Notes: a model not told the origin generated them from the letters alone. 64,000 nucleotides of DNA from the human T2T-CHM13v2.0 reference genome, Homo sapiens (GCF_009914755.1 NC_060943.1); one strand, 5' to 3'. Positions 13,248 through 28,250 are shown, counted from the stretch's first letter. Numbers and translations: made by a program.

Positions 13248-13398
13248 GTAAGTGGAGGATGTCTCAGGTCCTCACACTCCTGCACTCCTACCTACATGGT
13301 CTTCAGAATTATGGTGTCTTGAGGCTCCTTGCTGGCTATTCTCCCTACCCTTCCATTTGAGTTCCCTGGAAGATGGTCACACACAGTCAGGGCCCTGA

Positions 13399-13711
<313 letters not shown>

Positions 13712-14529
13712 CAGACTATGTATTCTATGGAGAGGTTCTCATTTCTGGCAACCAATGACAGGAGGTTTAGAAGGCATAGTGATCAACATTAGAAAATACA
13801 TGGAGGTAAGGTTGAGCTGGGAATGCTTAGACAACCTCAGATCTCCATTATGTCTGGGGGAAGCATCAGCGGGTATAAGGCCAACATGAAGTGATTGGCT
13901 GAGGAGCTGAGCTGAGGTGTCCTGATATGTGTGCAATTCCAAGTAGCTAAAGATGAAGCAAGAAAAAGAGCCAAGGAGGGAGGCCTTCAAAGTGGGGCTG
14001 AGGATTGGCCCTGGCAGTCAGTGCCATTGGGGGTCTGGGATGGCACGGAGTTCTGATTGCATTTGGTAAGTGCCCTCTGGATGCCATGTGTAGACTGGCA
14101 TGTGGTGACACTAGGGGAAGCACATGAGGTGATGTAGGGGGTAGTGGTTGTGGTACAAAGTATGTGCACATTCTAATAAGTGTAAACAGATGTCCCCAGG
14201 ACCTTGTACTGGGGGCTTCAGGGAGAACACTGACACAAATTTGATTGTATTTGAGAAACACAGTCTAGCGGATCCAAGGTAAATTGTCTGGCAAGAGAAG
14301 AGTAGGACTCTGCATACCATGCCCAGAGCTGAGATGGACTTTATCTGCCTACCTGCCTGTTGTTGCTCAGTGGGAGCATGAGGAGAGAGTGGGCATCAGT
14401 GGCTCTGGGGCAGGGTCTCTCCTCTGAGATGGGGATTAAGGAAGAGGGTGAGCAGGGGTGGATGTTTAGGCAGATGCCTAAATTTCCCAGTAAGGAGGCT
14501 GCAGATAAACTCAACTCTGTCCATCTTAG

Positions 14530-14892
<363 letters not shown>

Positions 14893-15174
14893 TGATGGAT
14901 CTTATCCCTGGTGGCCTCTCTGTGGCCTGGTGACACTGTGCAGATCTGTGGTAGTTCTATTCCCCTACATTCTGCCTGCCTCCTCTAGCCAACATACCTG
15001 GGTGTCGGTCTGTGCCAGCAATTGAGTCACCAATGTGATTGCTGTTTGACTGGGTTGTTCCTGCAAGACCCTCCTCCAAGGTTCTTTCTGTACTATTTTG
15101 TTTTCTTTCCTGTGGTCCATGATGAGATAAGTCATTCTGGCTCAGTGCTGCCACTCACCTGTCGTTTTCCTTAG

Positions 15175-15273
15175 GACTTGCGTCTTCCAAGACCCATGAA
15201 ATAACCCAGCTGGAGTCATGGGAGGAGCCCTTCATGCCTGCTTGGGAAGTTGTGACTTCAGCCATACCGAGAG
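15175..15273 (+). CDS. ZNF419: ZNF419 exon 4 (KRAB-B-like, LASSKTHEITQLESWEEPFMPAW...IPR)
   Basis: ttttccttag| acceptor, 99 nt, weak GAG|gtagtt donor, frame preserved. Confidence 0.88.
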
Positions 15274-15917
15274 GTAGTTGGTGGGTGGAGCTCAGGGAGG
15301 TGTGAATTCAGGGATGGATTCATATCATACCAGTAGGCCCAGATATTTTGATACCAAGGCAAGGGGTTGTCGCTGATTTCTATCTTTTCTTCCTTAGTCA
15401 CCCATTTATATCTATTCTGATATTTGACCTAGGGCCATTCCCCACCTCTCTGTCCTCCATGTTTCACCCAGTCATCAGCAGAACCCTTCAGCAGTGGCTT
15501 TCACTGAATGTGTGGTGAGGTGGATGCTTATCCTTGCATAGTCCTTGAGCATCAGCTATTTGGTTGTAGTTGGTTTTTTCTGGACCTGGACATAACCTTC
15601 TGTGCCGTGTTCCTGTGTCTCCAGCAGCCAAAGTCCTGTGGAAAGCCATTTGCAGAGGATTGTGTTGGGGACACTGCCTCTCCTCCCTGTGCTATACCCC
15701 ATCCTTGCATCCTTGGTGCTCATGAGGCCTCCCCAAATCCTTGAGCTGGCCAGATTCAGCACTGCACAGCAGGCCCTTCCCTGCTGAGAGCTAGCCCTCT
15801 TTATTTCTGCTAGCAGCCCCAGGCACTAATTACTGGGTGTGTTAGACACATTTGTGAGAGTGCTGCCTCCTCACACCAAAGTCTACATTTACTTCTTCAA
15901 CATTTATCTTCTGTCAG

Positions 15918-17152
15918 GTTGTTGGCATGGAGCCGAGGCTGAGGAGGCTCCTGAGCAGATTGCTTCTGTAGGACTGCTCAGTTCAAACATTCAGCAACAC
16001 CAGAAGCAGCACTGTGGAGAGAAACCCTTAAAAAGACAACAGGGCAGGGTCCCAGTTTTGAGGAGTTGCAAAGTTCACCTATCAGAGAAGTCCTTGCAAA
16101 GCAGGGAGGTTGGGAAGGCCCTCCTGATCAGCTCAGGTGTTCTCAAGCACCAGGTGACTCACACAGGAGAGAAGTCACATAGGAGCTCCAAAAGTAGGGA
16201 GGCCTTTCATGCTGGAAAAAGGCATTACAAATGCAGTGAATGTGGGAAAGCCTTTGGTCAGAAATATTTACTTGTTCAGCACCAGAGACTACATGCTGGG
16301 AAAAAGACGTATGAATGCAGTGAATGTGGGAAGTTATTTAGAGATATGTCCAACCTTTTTATACACCAAATAGTTCACACTGGAGAAAGGCCTTACGGGT
16401 GTAGTAACTGTGGAAAATCCTTTAGCCGTAATGCTCACCTCATTGAACACCAGAGAGTTCACACTGGAGAAAAGCCTTTTACATGCAGTGAATGTGGAAA
16501 AGCTTTCAGGCATAATTCCACACTTGTTCAGCATCACAAAATCCACACTGGAGTAAGGCCTTATGAGTGCAGTGAATGTGGAAAATTGTTTAGTTTCAAC
16601 TCCAGCCTCATGAAACATCAGAGAGTTCACACTGGAGAAAGACCTTATAAGTGCAGTGAATGTGGAAAATTCTATAGCCACAAGTCCAACCTTATCAAAC
16701 ATTGGCGTGTTCATACTGGAGAAAGGCCTTACAAGTGCAGCGACTGTGGGAAATTTTTTACCCAATGCTCAAGCCTCATGCAACATCAAAAAGTTCACAC
16801 TGGAGAAAAGCCTTTTAAGTGCAATGAATGTGGGAGATTCTTTAGAGAGAATTCCACCCTAGTTAGACATCAGAGGGTTCACACTGGAGCAAAGCCTTAT
16901 GAGTGCAGGGAATGTGGGAAATTTTTTAGCCAAAGCTCAACCCTCATGCAACATCGAAAAGTTCACATTGGAGAAAAGCCTTTTAAGTGCAATGAATGTG
17001 GGAGATTGTTTAGAGAGAATTCCAGCCTTGTTAAACATCAGAGGGTTCACACTGGAGCAAAGCCTTATGAGTGCAGGGAATGTGGGAAGTTTTTTCGCCA
17101 CAACTCCAGTCTTTTTAAACATCGAAGGATTCACACTGGAGAAATGCAGTGA
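15918..17152 (+). CDS. ZNF419: ZNF419 terminal exon: spacer plus 11 C2H2 fingers
   Basis: ctgtcag|GT TGT TGG; TGEKPY-type linkers; total CDS 33+39+127+99+1235=1533 nt = 510 aa + stop. Confidence 0.96.
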
Positions 17153-17705
17153 TTGTGTGAAATCCTTTAGCCAGCGTTTCAACCTCATTCAACACCAGAA
17201 AGTTCACAGTGGAAAAAATCTTGAAGGTAGCAGATGGAAATCCGTTAGCCACACCTCCAGTCTCATTCAACACTGGACAGTTTACAATGTGGACAATGTA
17301 GTGAATATGGAAAAAGGTTTCAGCCAAAGGCCTAACCCTATTCAACACCAGAAAGTTTAGAATGGAGAAAGGCCTTAGGGTGACAGGTTATGTACTGTCT
17401 CTGAATCAATATGACCTCACTTAAAACAGAAACTCTGAGGATGGCCTTTATGAGGGAGCTGGCAATTGAACATCATTCATCTAAATATGCACACTGGAGG
17501 CAAGATGAGAATTCCTGACAGATTGTCCTTCCTGAGAAGACAGCCCTCTGCCTTGGAGCTCCAGAGAGAGGGAGCCCTGTATTCTTGGCTGTACCCGTCG
17601 AATGGAGTTTTGATCTCGCTGAGTTTGGAGTTGGGGGAGGAAAGGAGTGGTCTTGGTTCAAATGTGACTCACTTTTGCTGTTCTTGTGAATGTTAGATCT
17701 TCTTT

Positions 17706-17711
17706 AATAAA
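17706..17711 (+). terminator. Probable ZNF419 poly(A) signal
   Basis: AATAAA ~550 nt after the stop; conserved in the paralog at 31381. Confidence 0.65.
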
Positions 17712-18224
17712 TATTTATTTCCCATACACCCTTATGACCATTTCCAGAGACTGAATTGTGTTTTTATAATTTTCACCCTTTTGGCTGTGTAACAGGTCTG
17801 CAAAGCTCCTCATTCAGTTATTCTGTAAGTTGATCCAAATGTTTCAAATTTTAAGAACTTGCCAAATTGTGTTCTAAATGGTTAGCATTTCATATTTCCT
17901 CCTGGAATATATTAGATTTTCCATTTCTTCACCTTACTGACAGTTTATATGTGTAGAAGTCATAGGCCATTCATTTTAGCCATGTTACTAAGTGTGAAGT
18001 AGTATTTCATTGTAGTTCTTAATTTGTATTTTTCCGATGACTCAGTTTTGAGCATTTTTTAATGTGTTTACTTGTCACCCATATATCTTCTTTAGTCAAA
18101 TGTATTTTTTGCCTGTTTTTTAAAACATTTGGTTGGTTACAAGTTCTTAATATTTCTGGAGACAAATTCCTTATTTGATATAAGCATTGTCAATATTTTC
18201 TCATGGTCCATGGCTTTTGTTTTC

Positions 18225-18831
<607 letters not shown>

Positions 18832-19389
18832 CTACTGTAATCTTATGAATCTTTTTAAATATCCAACTTCTGAAATATTTGTAGGTTTAACTACAAATAA
18901 ATAATTCAATATATAGATAAATGTGTACATATTCCCTATCTTTACTGAGAGCCTAGCAAGCCATGGCATTCCAGTAGTTTTGAGCACATTTAATACCCAG
19001 TTATTGGTTTATATCATTTTTTAATAAAAGGAACCAGAACTCCTTAGAGAAGAGGCTGTTTTCAAGTTGTGGCAGAAAAGGTACAACATGATTTGAGGAA
19101 ATACTGCATTGGAAAATAAATAAATGTTCATAGAATAATGTTGACATATTAGCTTTTTATTGCTATCCTGACAAATCACCACAAACTTATGGTTTAAACA
19201 ACACAAATATAACAGAAGTCTCACTGGGTTAAAATCAAAGTGTTAGCATGATTATGTTCCTTTCTAGAGTCTCAGGGAGGATCTGTTTCTTGCTTATTTC
19301 AGTTGTTAGCATATTTAAGTTCTTCGTGGTTGTAGGACTGAGATTCCTTTTTCTTGATGGCATCAGCTGAGGGTCATTCCTAGGATATA

Positions 19390-21270
19390 TAAGAACTTTT
19401 ATGAAAAAGGAAGAAGTAATACCAATTGTATACAAACTTCCAAGAGGACAAAGGTTCAAAGACTTCTGGACTATATGAAAGTTAGCATTAACAGGACACT
19501 AAAGCAGGCAATGACATTAAACAAAACTATAGACCAATAATCACATGAATATAGACACAGAGCCTTAAGAAAATTTTAGCAAATTGAGGCACTCGTCCTT
19601 CAAATCACCCCCTTGGGTCTCTTCCAAGCATACTTGCCTTTCTTTCCTGTTCTAAAGCCTTTTTAAATAAACTTGCACTCATGCTAAAACAAAACAAAAA
19701 GACATTTAGCAAATTGAATCCAGCCATATACAAACAATAATAAATCATAACCTAGTGAGGTTTATCAATAATACAAGTTTGATTCAACAATTCAAACTCT
19801 TTATTAATCTATATTAGCAGACTAAAATGAAAATCTCAAAATGTAATAAAAGCATTTTACAAAATTCAAAACTAGGTTATGATACATGCAACAAATTAAA
19901 CAAGATGGTGATTTCTTCAACCTGATACAGCACATCTATGAAAAACAGCTAACAGCACATTTGATATATATGTGATCAAATATTTGATAAGCTGATTTTC
20001 CCCAACATTAGGAATAACATAAATACGTCAACATTCATCACTTCTCATTAAAAAAAAATCTAATGATTGTAAAGGCAGAACCCAAACTGTCTGTATTTAC
20101 ATATGACATGATAATGTTGAAAATTCAAAATTATCTACTAAAAAGCTACTAGATCTAATAATTGAGTTTAGCAAGGTCCTAAGATAAAAAGGCCAGTGTA
20201 TAAAAAGTAGGTGTCTATACTAGGTTGGTATATAGCTAGCAAATACATGCTTGGCAACTGAAAAAATGTACTTCACAATAGCATAAAAATATGAAATATT
20301 TAGAAATAAATTTAACAAAATATGTTCAAGAACTTTAAAACATTCCTGAGAGACATTAAACAAGGCATAAATAAATGACACAAGAAGTTCCTGAATCTGA
20401 GACTTAATACTTTGAAGTTGTCAGTTTTCCTTTAACTATCCTAATAAAAACCTAATCTTTTAAATAAAAATTTACAAATGTATTCTAAAAAGTTACATGG
20501 AAATACAAAGGGCCTGGACTAATTGCCAAAACAATTTTATAAATAAGAATAAGTTTGAAAATCTTTATGACTTCAGGACATACAAACGTACAGTAATTGA
20601 GAGTACAGTATTAGCTAAAGGACAGACAGAGATGAAGAGAAGAGAACAGAGAACCCAGAAATACACTCACACAACACTCTATTGTCAATCTCTTTTCAAC
20701 GAAGTTGCAAAAGTAGTAAAACAACTTCAGAAAACAGTGTAGCAGCTTTAAAGGTAGCATAAGCTTACCATATAGTTTAGGAATCTTACCTATTGGGATA
20801 TCCCCAAGAGAACAAAAGCATATGTTCTAGAAATACTTACACTTGCATGCTCAGCAGTTTTATTTATAAAACCCAAACACCAGAATTTGTTTCTAAAACA
20901 CACACACATACACACACACACAAACTAAAATTTCCGTGAACAGAAGAATGAATAATCAATTATGGTATATCTTAACATAAAATACCATTCAACAACATAA
21001 AAGAATAAACTATGAATACAAGTAAAAATATCATAGATAAATCTGAAAATTCCTGAGCCAAGTGGAAGAAGCCAGACACAAAAGTTGACATACAGTATGA
21101 TTCCATTTATATGAAATGAAGAAGCTGCAAAACTAGAGTAAAAGAATGCAGATCACTGGTTATTGAGCCTGCGGTCTGAGGGGGAAGGTTCTGACTGAAA
21201 GAATACGGGAAAACGTTATCAGGCAATGGTAATTTTCTCTATCATGACTGTGTTGGTGGTTTCATGACAG
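19390..21270 (+). mobile_element. Old L1 (L1M-type) fragments; paralog ~32780-35030
   Basis: A-rich degenerate ORF2/3'UTR-like motifs (e.g. ATGATTCCATTTATATGAAAT). Confidence 0.65.
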
Positions 21271-21272
21271 TA

Positions 21273-21772
<500 letters not shown>

Positions 21773-21939
21773 CTCCCTACTCTTTCTACCCAATAAATAT
21801 GAAGGTCTGTGGAAGCTCAGGGCCCTTCCTCACTAGAAGCAAGAAGCCCCCTGACCCCTTCTTTAAAACAGATTTATTTTGCCTTTGTTTTCATTTCTGC
21901 ATTCGTTCCCCTTCGTTCAGTCCCATAGTAACTGTGACA
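21773..21939 (+). mobile_element. 3' fragment of an LTR3-family (HML-6) LTR
   Basis: AATAAA...GAAGCTCAGGGCCCTT...CTTCTTTAAAACAGAT...TTCAGTCCC matches the provirus LTRs; ends in CA. Confidence 0.8.
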
Positions 21940-22369
21940 GGAATATGGAGCAGAAATGGATGAAGGGGAGAAATTGAGGGGGAGTTGGCTTATGGGTTTG
22001 CTGCCTGTTGTTGTGCCTTTACACCAATGTTGGGTCCTTGAGGAAGGAAAGAACACAAATGAGCATGGGGTGAAAGAGGAACGTAAATCCTTGGGCTCCC
22101 CTACTCTCTCATCACCTACATCCAGAATTCAGAGCCTTTTCTTATTATCATACATCAGGCATTAATATTGGGTGTCCCCTTGCCAAAGGAAATTTAGGAA
22201 GGTATACGTGGCTTTGCCCAGTGAAACCTCTTTATGGTGGCCCTGAAGATCCTCTTCAAGTCCTTCAAAAGAAGGAAAGATTGGAGTATCAGCTGCAGGA
22301 AACTGAAATCCAGGCCCATCTCCAATTACAACAGGCTCCAGATGAGTCCGAGAGTTCTCGACACTCATT

Positions 22370-22685
22370 TCTCCTCCATCTCCTACTCCATCATCTCCAT
22401 CTCCATCTTCTCCATCATCTCCATCTTCATCATCATCTCCATCTCCATCATCTCCATCTCCATCATCATCTCTATCTCCATCATCTCCATCTCCATCATC
22501 ATCTCTATCTCCATCATCTCCATCATCTCCATCTCCATCTCCTACTCCATCATCTCCATCTCCATCTTGTCCATCATCTCCATCTTCATCATCATCTCCA
22601 TCTCCATCATCTCCATCTCCATCATCTCCATCATCTCCATCTCCATCTCCATCTCCATCATCTACCGTCTCCAATCTCCATCTCC
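22370..22685 (+). repeat. Expanded (ATCTCC/ATC)n repeat upstream of the ZNF773 promoter
   Basis: ~315 bp, almost G-free on +; higher-order unit TCCTACTCCA at 22381 and 22540. Confidence 0.93.
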
Positions 22686-22714
22686 GAAGTTATGCCCACT
22701 TCCTCGAAGTTTGG

Positions 22715-23028
22715 AGCCACGCGAACTACACTGCCCAGAAGGCGCCGCGCCGTGAGCCGCGATGCTTGGCCAATGAAAAGAGGTCTACCCGAGAGTGCGA
22801 CGCGCAATGGGCGGGACTTCCGGCGTCTCCCCTCGGCGGTTGCTTTCGCTGCCCTCAAGAGAACTCAGCTTGCCGGAAGCTGGTTGTTCGCTGCGGCGAC
22901 CAGCTCCGGAAAGCGCGGTGGGGACGCGCTGTGTTCTCGCAGCTCAGAGGCGGGTCTGAGGCTCGGTGGCGGCGCCCAGGGTGGCCCGGGCCCTTTCCTC
23001 TGTCGTTGTCTCACCGCCACAGGCTCCG
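22715..23028 (+). promoter_or_regulatory. ZNF773 CpG-island promoter/5'UTR
   Basis: ACTACACTGCCCA at 22725, CCAAT at 22770, GGGCGGGACTTCCGG ~22808. Confidence 0.75.
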
Positions 23029-23061
23029 ATGGCGGCGGCCACGCTGAGGGACCCCGCTCAG
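23029..23061 (+). CDS. ZNF773: ZNF773 exon 1 (MAAATLRDPAQ)
   Basis: ATG...CAG|gtgagc; 33 nt. Confidence 0.93.
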
Positions 23062-24683
23062 GTGAGCGCCGCGTCCTCCCGGCCTCCCCCGAATCCTAAA
23101 GCCCTGTGAGGGCCGCCTGCTCAGGTCCCCGGGTGCAGAACTGTGGGGCGTTCGTGGGCGGCGTCCCGTTTCTGACACGCAGTGTGATGGGGTGGCAATG
23201 GAGGGCAAGGGGCCCGGCTCGCAAAGATGTGAGGCGCATTCAGCGAGTCCCGAACCTGAGGCCTCCTGGTGTCTGTAGTGGGCAGCTTGGGAAGGGACGA
23301 GGCGCGTGTCGAGCGACAGCCCGAGCAGCTGCGCTTTCATCCTGAGGGGGCCACAGTGGCCGCGGAGGGCTGGAGACAGAAGAGTGACAAGATCTGTTTC
23401 TCAAAGTTTGCCAAAGGCCCCTCAAGTCAAAACAGACTGGGGTGGGGGTGAGGCGGGTGAAGACAGACCTGTGAGTAGGTAAATTCAGTAGACTAGTGGA
23501 GAGTCTACTGGGACTGGGCCACAGAGGAGGGGAAGTGATCAGATCTTGGATGGATTTCAAAAACTGAACAGACGGGAATTCCTGTTGCATCAGATGTGAC
23601 TGTGAAAGAAAGTAGGGAATGAAGAGCCATTCTGGATTTTTATTTGTATTTTTGTTTGTTCCTGAATATCAGGAAGGATGGAGATGGGTAAGGCTGTGCA
23701 GGGAATAGGTTTTGGGCATGGTGATCCTGAGATGTCCCAGAGTGGAGGTGTCATGTCCACATGAGCAGCTGGAAGGCCTGGGGCTCGTATTTAGGAGGGA
23801 GAATCTTAAAGTTTTCTTTCAGATGGTCCCTGAGGTGAGGGAAGGGAGAGATGGGCCTGTAGGATGGGGCAGCCTCTACAGCCTGGAGTTTCGTGGTCCG
23901 AAGTGATTTTGTCTGGTGCCTGCAGGAATGGAGGGTTATAGAGTATGAACACCCAGGACTGGATGGAGACCGCAGTGTTGGGTAGTATATAGGTTTGCCA
24001 CTCCAGGCTTAGTAGTTCCTCATGTCCAGTCCATATGGAGAAAAGGAAAGGTCAGCCAGGCTGGTGGAGCAGCACCTTTGGTGCCTAAGTTTCCCTAGCT
24101 ATCAGCACAGGTGGGATGATCAACTGCTCCAGTAGAAGGGAGGGCTCTCAGCAGGATGGTCTTCAGGGGAGTATATAGCAGGCAGCCAGATTGCCAAAAG
24201 GAAACCCACATTGTCTTTCTTTTTCTTTCTTTTTTTTTTTTTTTTTGAGACAGAATTCTGCTCTTGTGATCTGCCCACCTCGGCCTCCCAAAGTGTTGGG
24301 ATTACAGGCTTGAGCCACTGCACCCAGGCAGAAACCCACATTTTGAAAACCTACCAGTTTATTTGCACTGAAAATGTTGACAGAAGCATTAATTATGTGT
24401 ACAGTAAGAGTTGATATTTAGTCCTAGACACATAAGAATGAGTTTGATACAAACAATAGTCCTATTGAGTGAATACCATTATTGCCATGTTGCAGATGGC
24501 AATACCAAGGCACAGGGAAGTTGAGCATTTTTCCAAGGGCACACAACAGGTAAGAGGCATCACTAAGAACCAAAGCCCAGATTGCAGATAGTCAGGCACA
24601 CCTGACTCCAGGCTAGACGAGGGGGCTTGGATGATCCTTTGGTAACATCACTGTCTGGTTCTCATGGTCTTGATTTTCCATAG

Positions 24684-24722
24684 GTTCTTGTGACTTCAGA
24701 GTTAGTTATAGACCATGAGAAG
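24684..24722 (+). other. ZNF773: Paralog of ZNF419 microexon 2 in ZNF773 (VLVTSELVIDHEK), possibly cryptic or skipped
   Basis: ttttccatag|...AAG|gtaagt, 39 nt, no stop; not needed for the recalled 442-aa protein. Confidence 0.55.
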
Positions 24723-24726
24723 GTAA

Positions 24727-25329
<603 letters not shown>

Positions 25330-25626
25330 TGACTGGGGGAAGCATCAGCAGGTATAAGGCAGACCTGAAGTGGTTGGCTGAGGAGCTGGGCCTCTATTGT
25401 TTGTATTTTTGTTTGTTTGTTTTTTCCTGGATATCAGGAAGGATGGAAATGGGGAAGGCTACACAGGGATTACGGCCCAATCTTAACAAGCTTTTTCTGC
25501 TTTGAGAACACCTGTAGGGTTAAAGGTGGAGGCTGGGAGTCCAGCAAAGAGGCTACTACAGTAGTCTGTGTGAGTGCTGGACCAGAGTGGTGGCTGTGGA
25601 CGTAGGAGATGTGGTTGAAGTCTGCG

Positions 25627-25939
25627 TTTTTTTTGTTTTGTTTTGTTTTTGTTTTTTTGAGATGGAGTCTCGCTCTGTCGCCCAGGCTGGAGTGCAGTGG
25701 CATGATCTCGGCTCACTGCAAGCTCCGCCTCCTGGTTCAAGCCATTCTCCTGCCTTAGCCTCCCGAGTAGCTGGGACTACAGGCACCTGCCACCACGCCC
25801 AGATAATTTTTTTGTATTTTTAGTAGAGATGGGGTTTCACCGTGTTAGCCAGGATGATCTCGATCTCCTAACCTCATGATCCGCCCGCTTTGGCCTCCCA
25901 AAGTGCTGGGATTACAGACATGAGCCACAGCGCCTAGCC
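25627..25939 (-). mobile_element. AluY
   Basis: TSD AGTCTG(C/T)GTTTTT; AluY diagnostics. Confidence 0.9.
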
Positions 25940-26606
25940 AGAGTCTGTGTTTTTTAAGTAGATATGGGCAGATTTTCTAAAGTGTAGGGTGGGAGAAAGA
26001 GGTTAATGGTAAGAGTAATTTTCAGTGGGAATAATTAAGTTAGGTTTTGGCCATGTTGATATGAGATGTTCCAGAGACCCTTGAGTGGATTCATTGAGTG
26101 GGCACCTGGACAGAGAAGTCTGGAGTTCAGGTGAAGGGTTCAGATTGGAAACCCACATGATACAGTTGGTGTATGGACCAAATGGAGCAGTGGAGCAGAT
26201 TTAGGAGGGAGCATCTTGAGGTCCTATTGGTAATGCCATTAGGTAATAAGGGAGAATGTATAGGGGCCAAGAACTGGGTCTCTTGCTTGGATACCTGGAT
26301 GGGAGTGGTGGGTTTCACAAGGACATGAGGGAGAATGGTGGCCATGGGGAAAGGGATGTAGGGGTAAGGAGGGTCTGACTAGTGGCCAAAGTTCCTGTGG
26401 GGATAGACATGAGATGGACATGAAGATGAAGCTATAATGAGGTAAGATGACAGGAAGGCAGGCACTGCTGCTTATTCATCCAACTGTGGGATCACAAGGC
26501 TTTTGTTTTTACCTGGACCTGGGGAGTTTCTCAGGCTGCTGGATTAGCTCAAGATCAAATGAGGTCATCTGAGAGAATTGCTGGGCCTGGTTTGGGAGAC
26601 GTGGGC

Positions 26607-26919
<313 letters not shown>

Positions 26920-27605
26920 TAATGAGAGTCAGAGGAACGCTGACATTGGGCAGGAACAGCTTTTCAACACAGAAATGGAAGAGTGCCACAGGTGTCCAGA
27001 TATGCGTGCAGTTCCAAGTAGCTGAAGGTGAAGCAACAAAAAGAGCCCAGTAGAGAGGCCTTCAAAGTGGGGCTGAGGGTTGCCCCTGGTAGTCAGTGCC
27101 ATTGGAGGTCTAGGAAGGGATGGAGTTCTGATTGCATTTGGTGAGTGCCCTCTGGATGCCATGTGTAGACTAGAATGTGGTGACGCTAGGGGAGGCACAT
27201 AAGGTGGTGCAGGGGGCAGTGGTTGTGGTACAGAGTATGTGCACATTCTAATGAGTGTAAACAGATGTCCCCAGGGACCTTGTATTGGGTGCTTCAGGGA
27301 GAACACTGACACAAATTTGATTGTATTTGGGAAACACAATCTGGGGGATCCAAGGTGAGTTGTCTGGCAAGAGAAGAGTAGGACTCTGCATACCATGCCC
27401 AGAGCTGAGATGGACTTTATCTGCCTACCTGCCTCTGCTTGCTCAGTGGGAACATGAGGAGAGAGTGGGCATCAGTGGTTCTGGGGCAGGGTCTCTCTTC
27501 TGAGATGGGGATTAAGGAAGAGGGTGAGCAGGGGTGGATGTTTAGGGGGATGCCTAAATTCCCCAGTAAGGAGACCGCAGATAAACTCAACTCTGTCCAT
27601 CTTAG

Positions 27606-27968
<363 letters not shown>

Positions 27969-28250
27969 TGATGGATCTTATCCCTGGTGGCCTCTCTGTG
28001 GCCTGGTGACACTGTGCAGATCTGTGGTAGTTCTATTCCCCTACATTCTGCCTGTCTCCTCTAGCCAACATACCTGGGTGTCGGTCTGTGCCAGCAATTG
28101 AGTCACCAATGTGATTGCTGTTTGACTGGGTTGTTCCTGCAAGACCCTCCTCCAAGGTTCTTTCTGTACTATTTTGTTTTCTTTCCTGTGGTCCATGATG
28201 AGATAAGTCATTCTGGCTCAGTGCTGCCACTCACCTGTCGTTTTCCTTAG

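Noticed and set aside
15839-15917. ORF-track N-termini of the long ZNF ORFs (also 29227-29305 and 59966-60131)
   Set aside because: Intronic sequence upstream of clear splice acceptors; the real N-termini come from spliced exons
16334-17188. Antisense ORFs over the finger exons (also 29722-30408 and 61289-61858)
   Set aside because: Standard antisense shadows of zinc-finger repeats ([14 protein letters not shown])
22221-23099. 292-aa His/Leu-rich ORF and 173-aa Ile/Ser-rich ORF over the ZNF773 promoter
   Set aside because: Products of the stop-free ATC/TCC repeat; the long ORF starts at GTG and runs out of frame with ZNF773 exon 1
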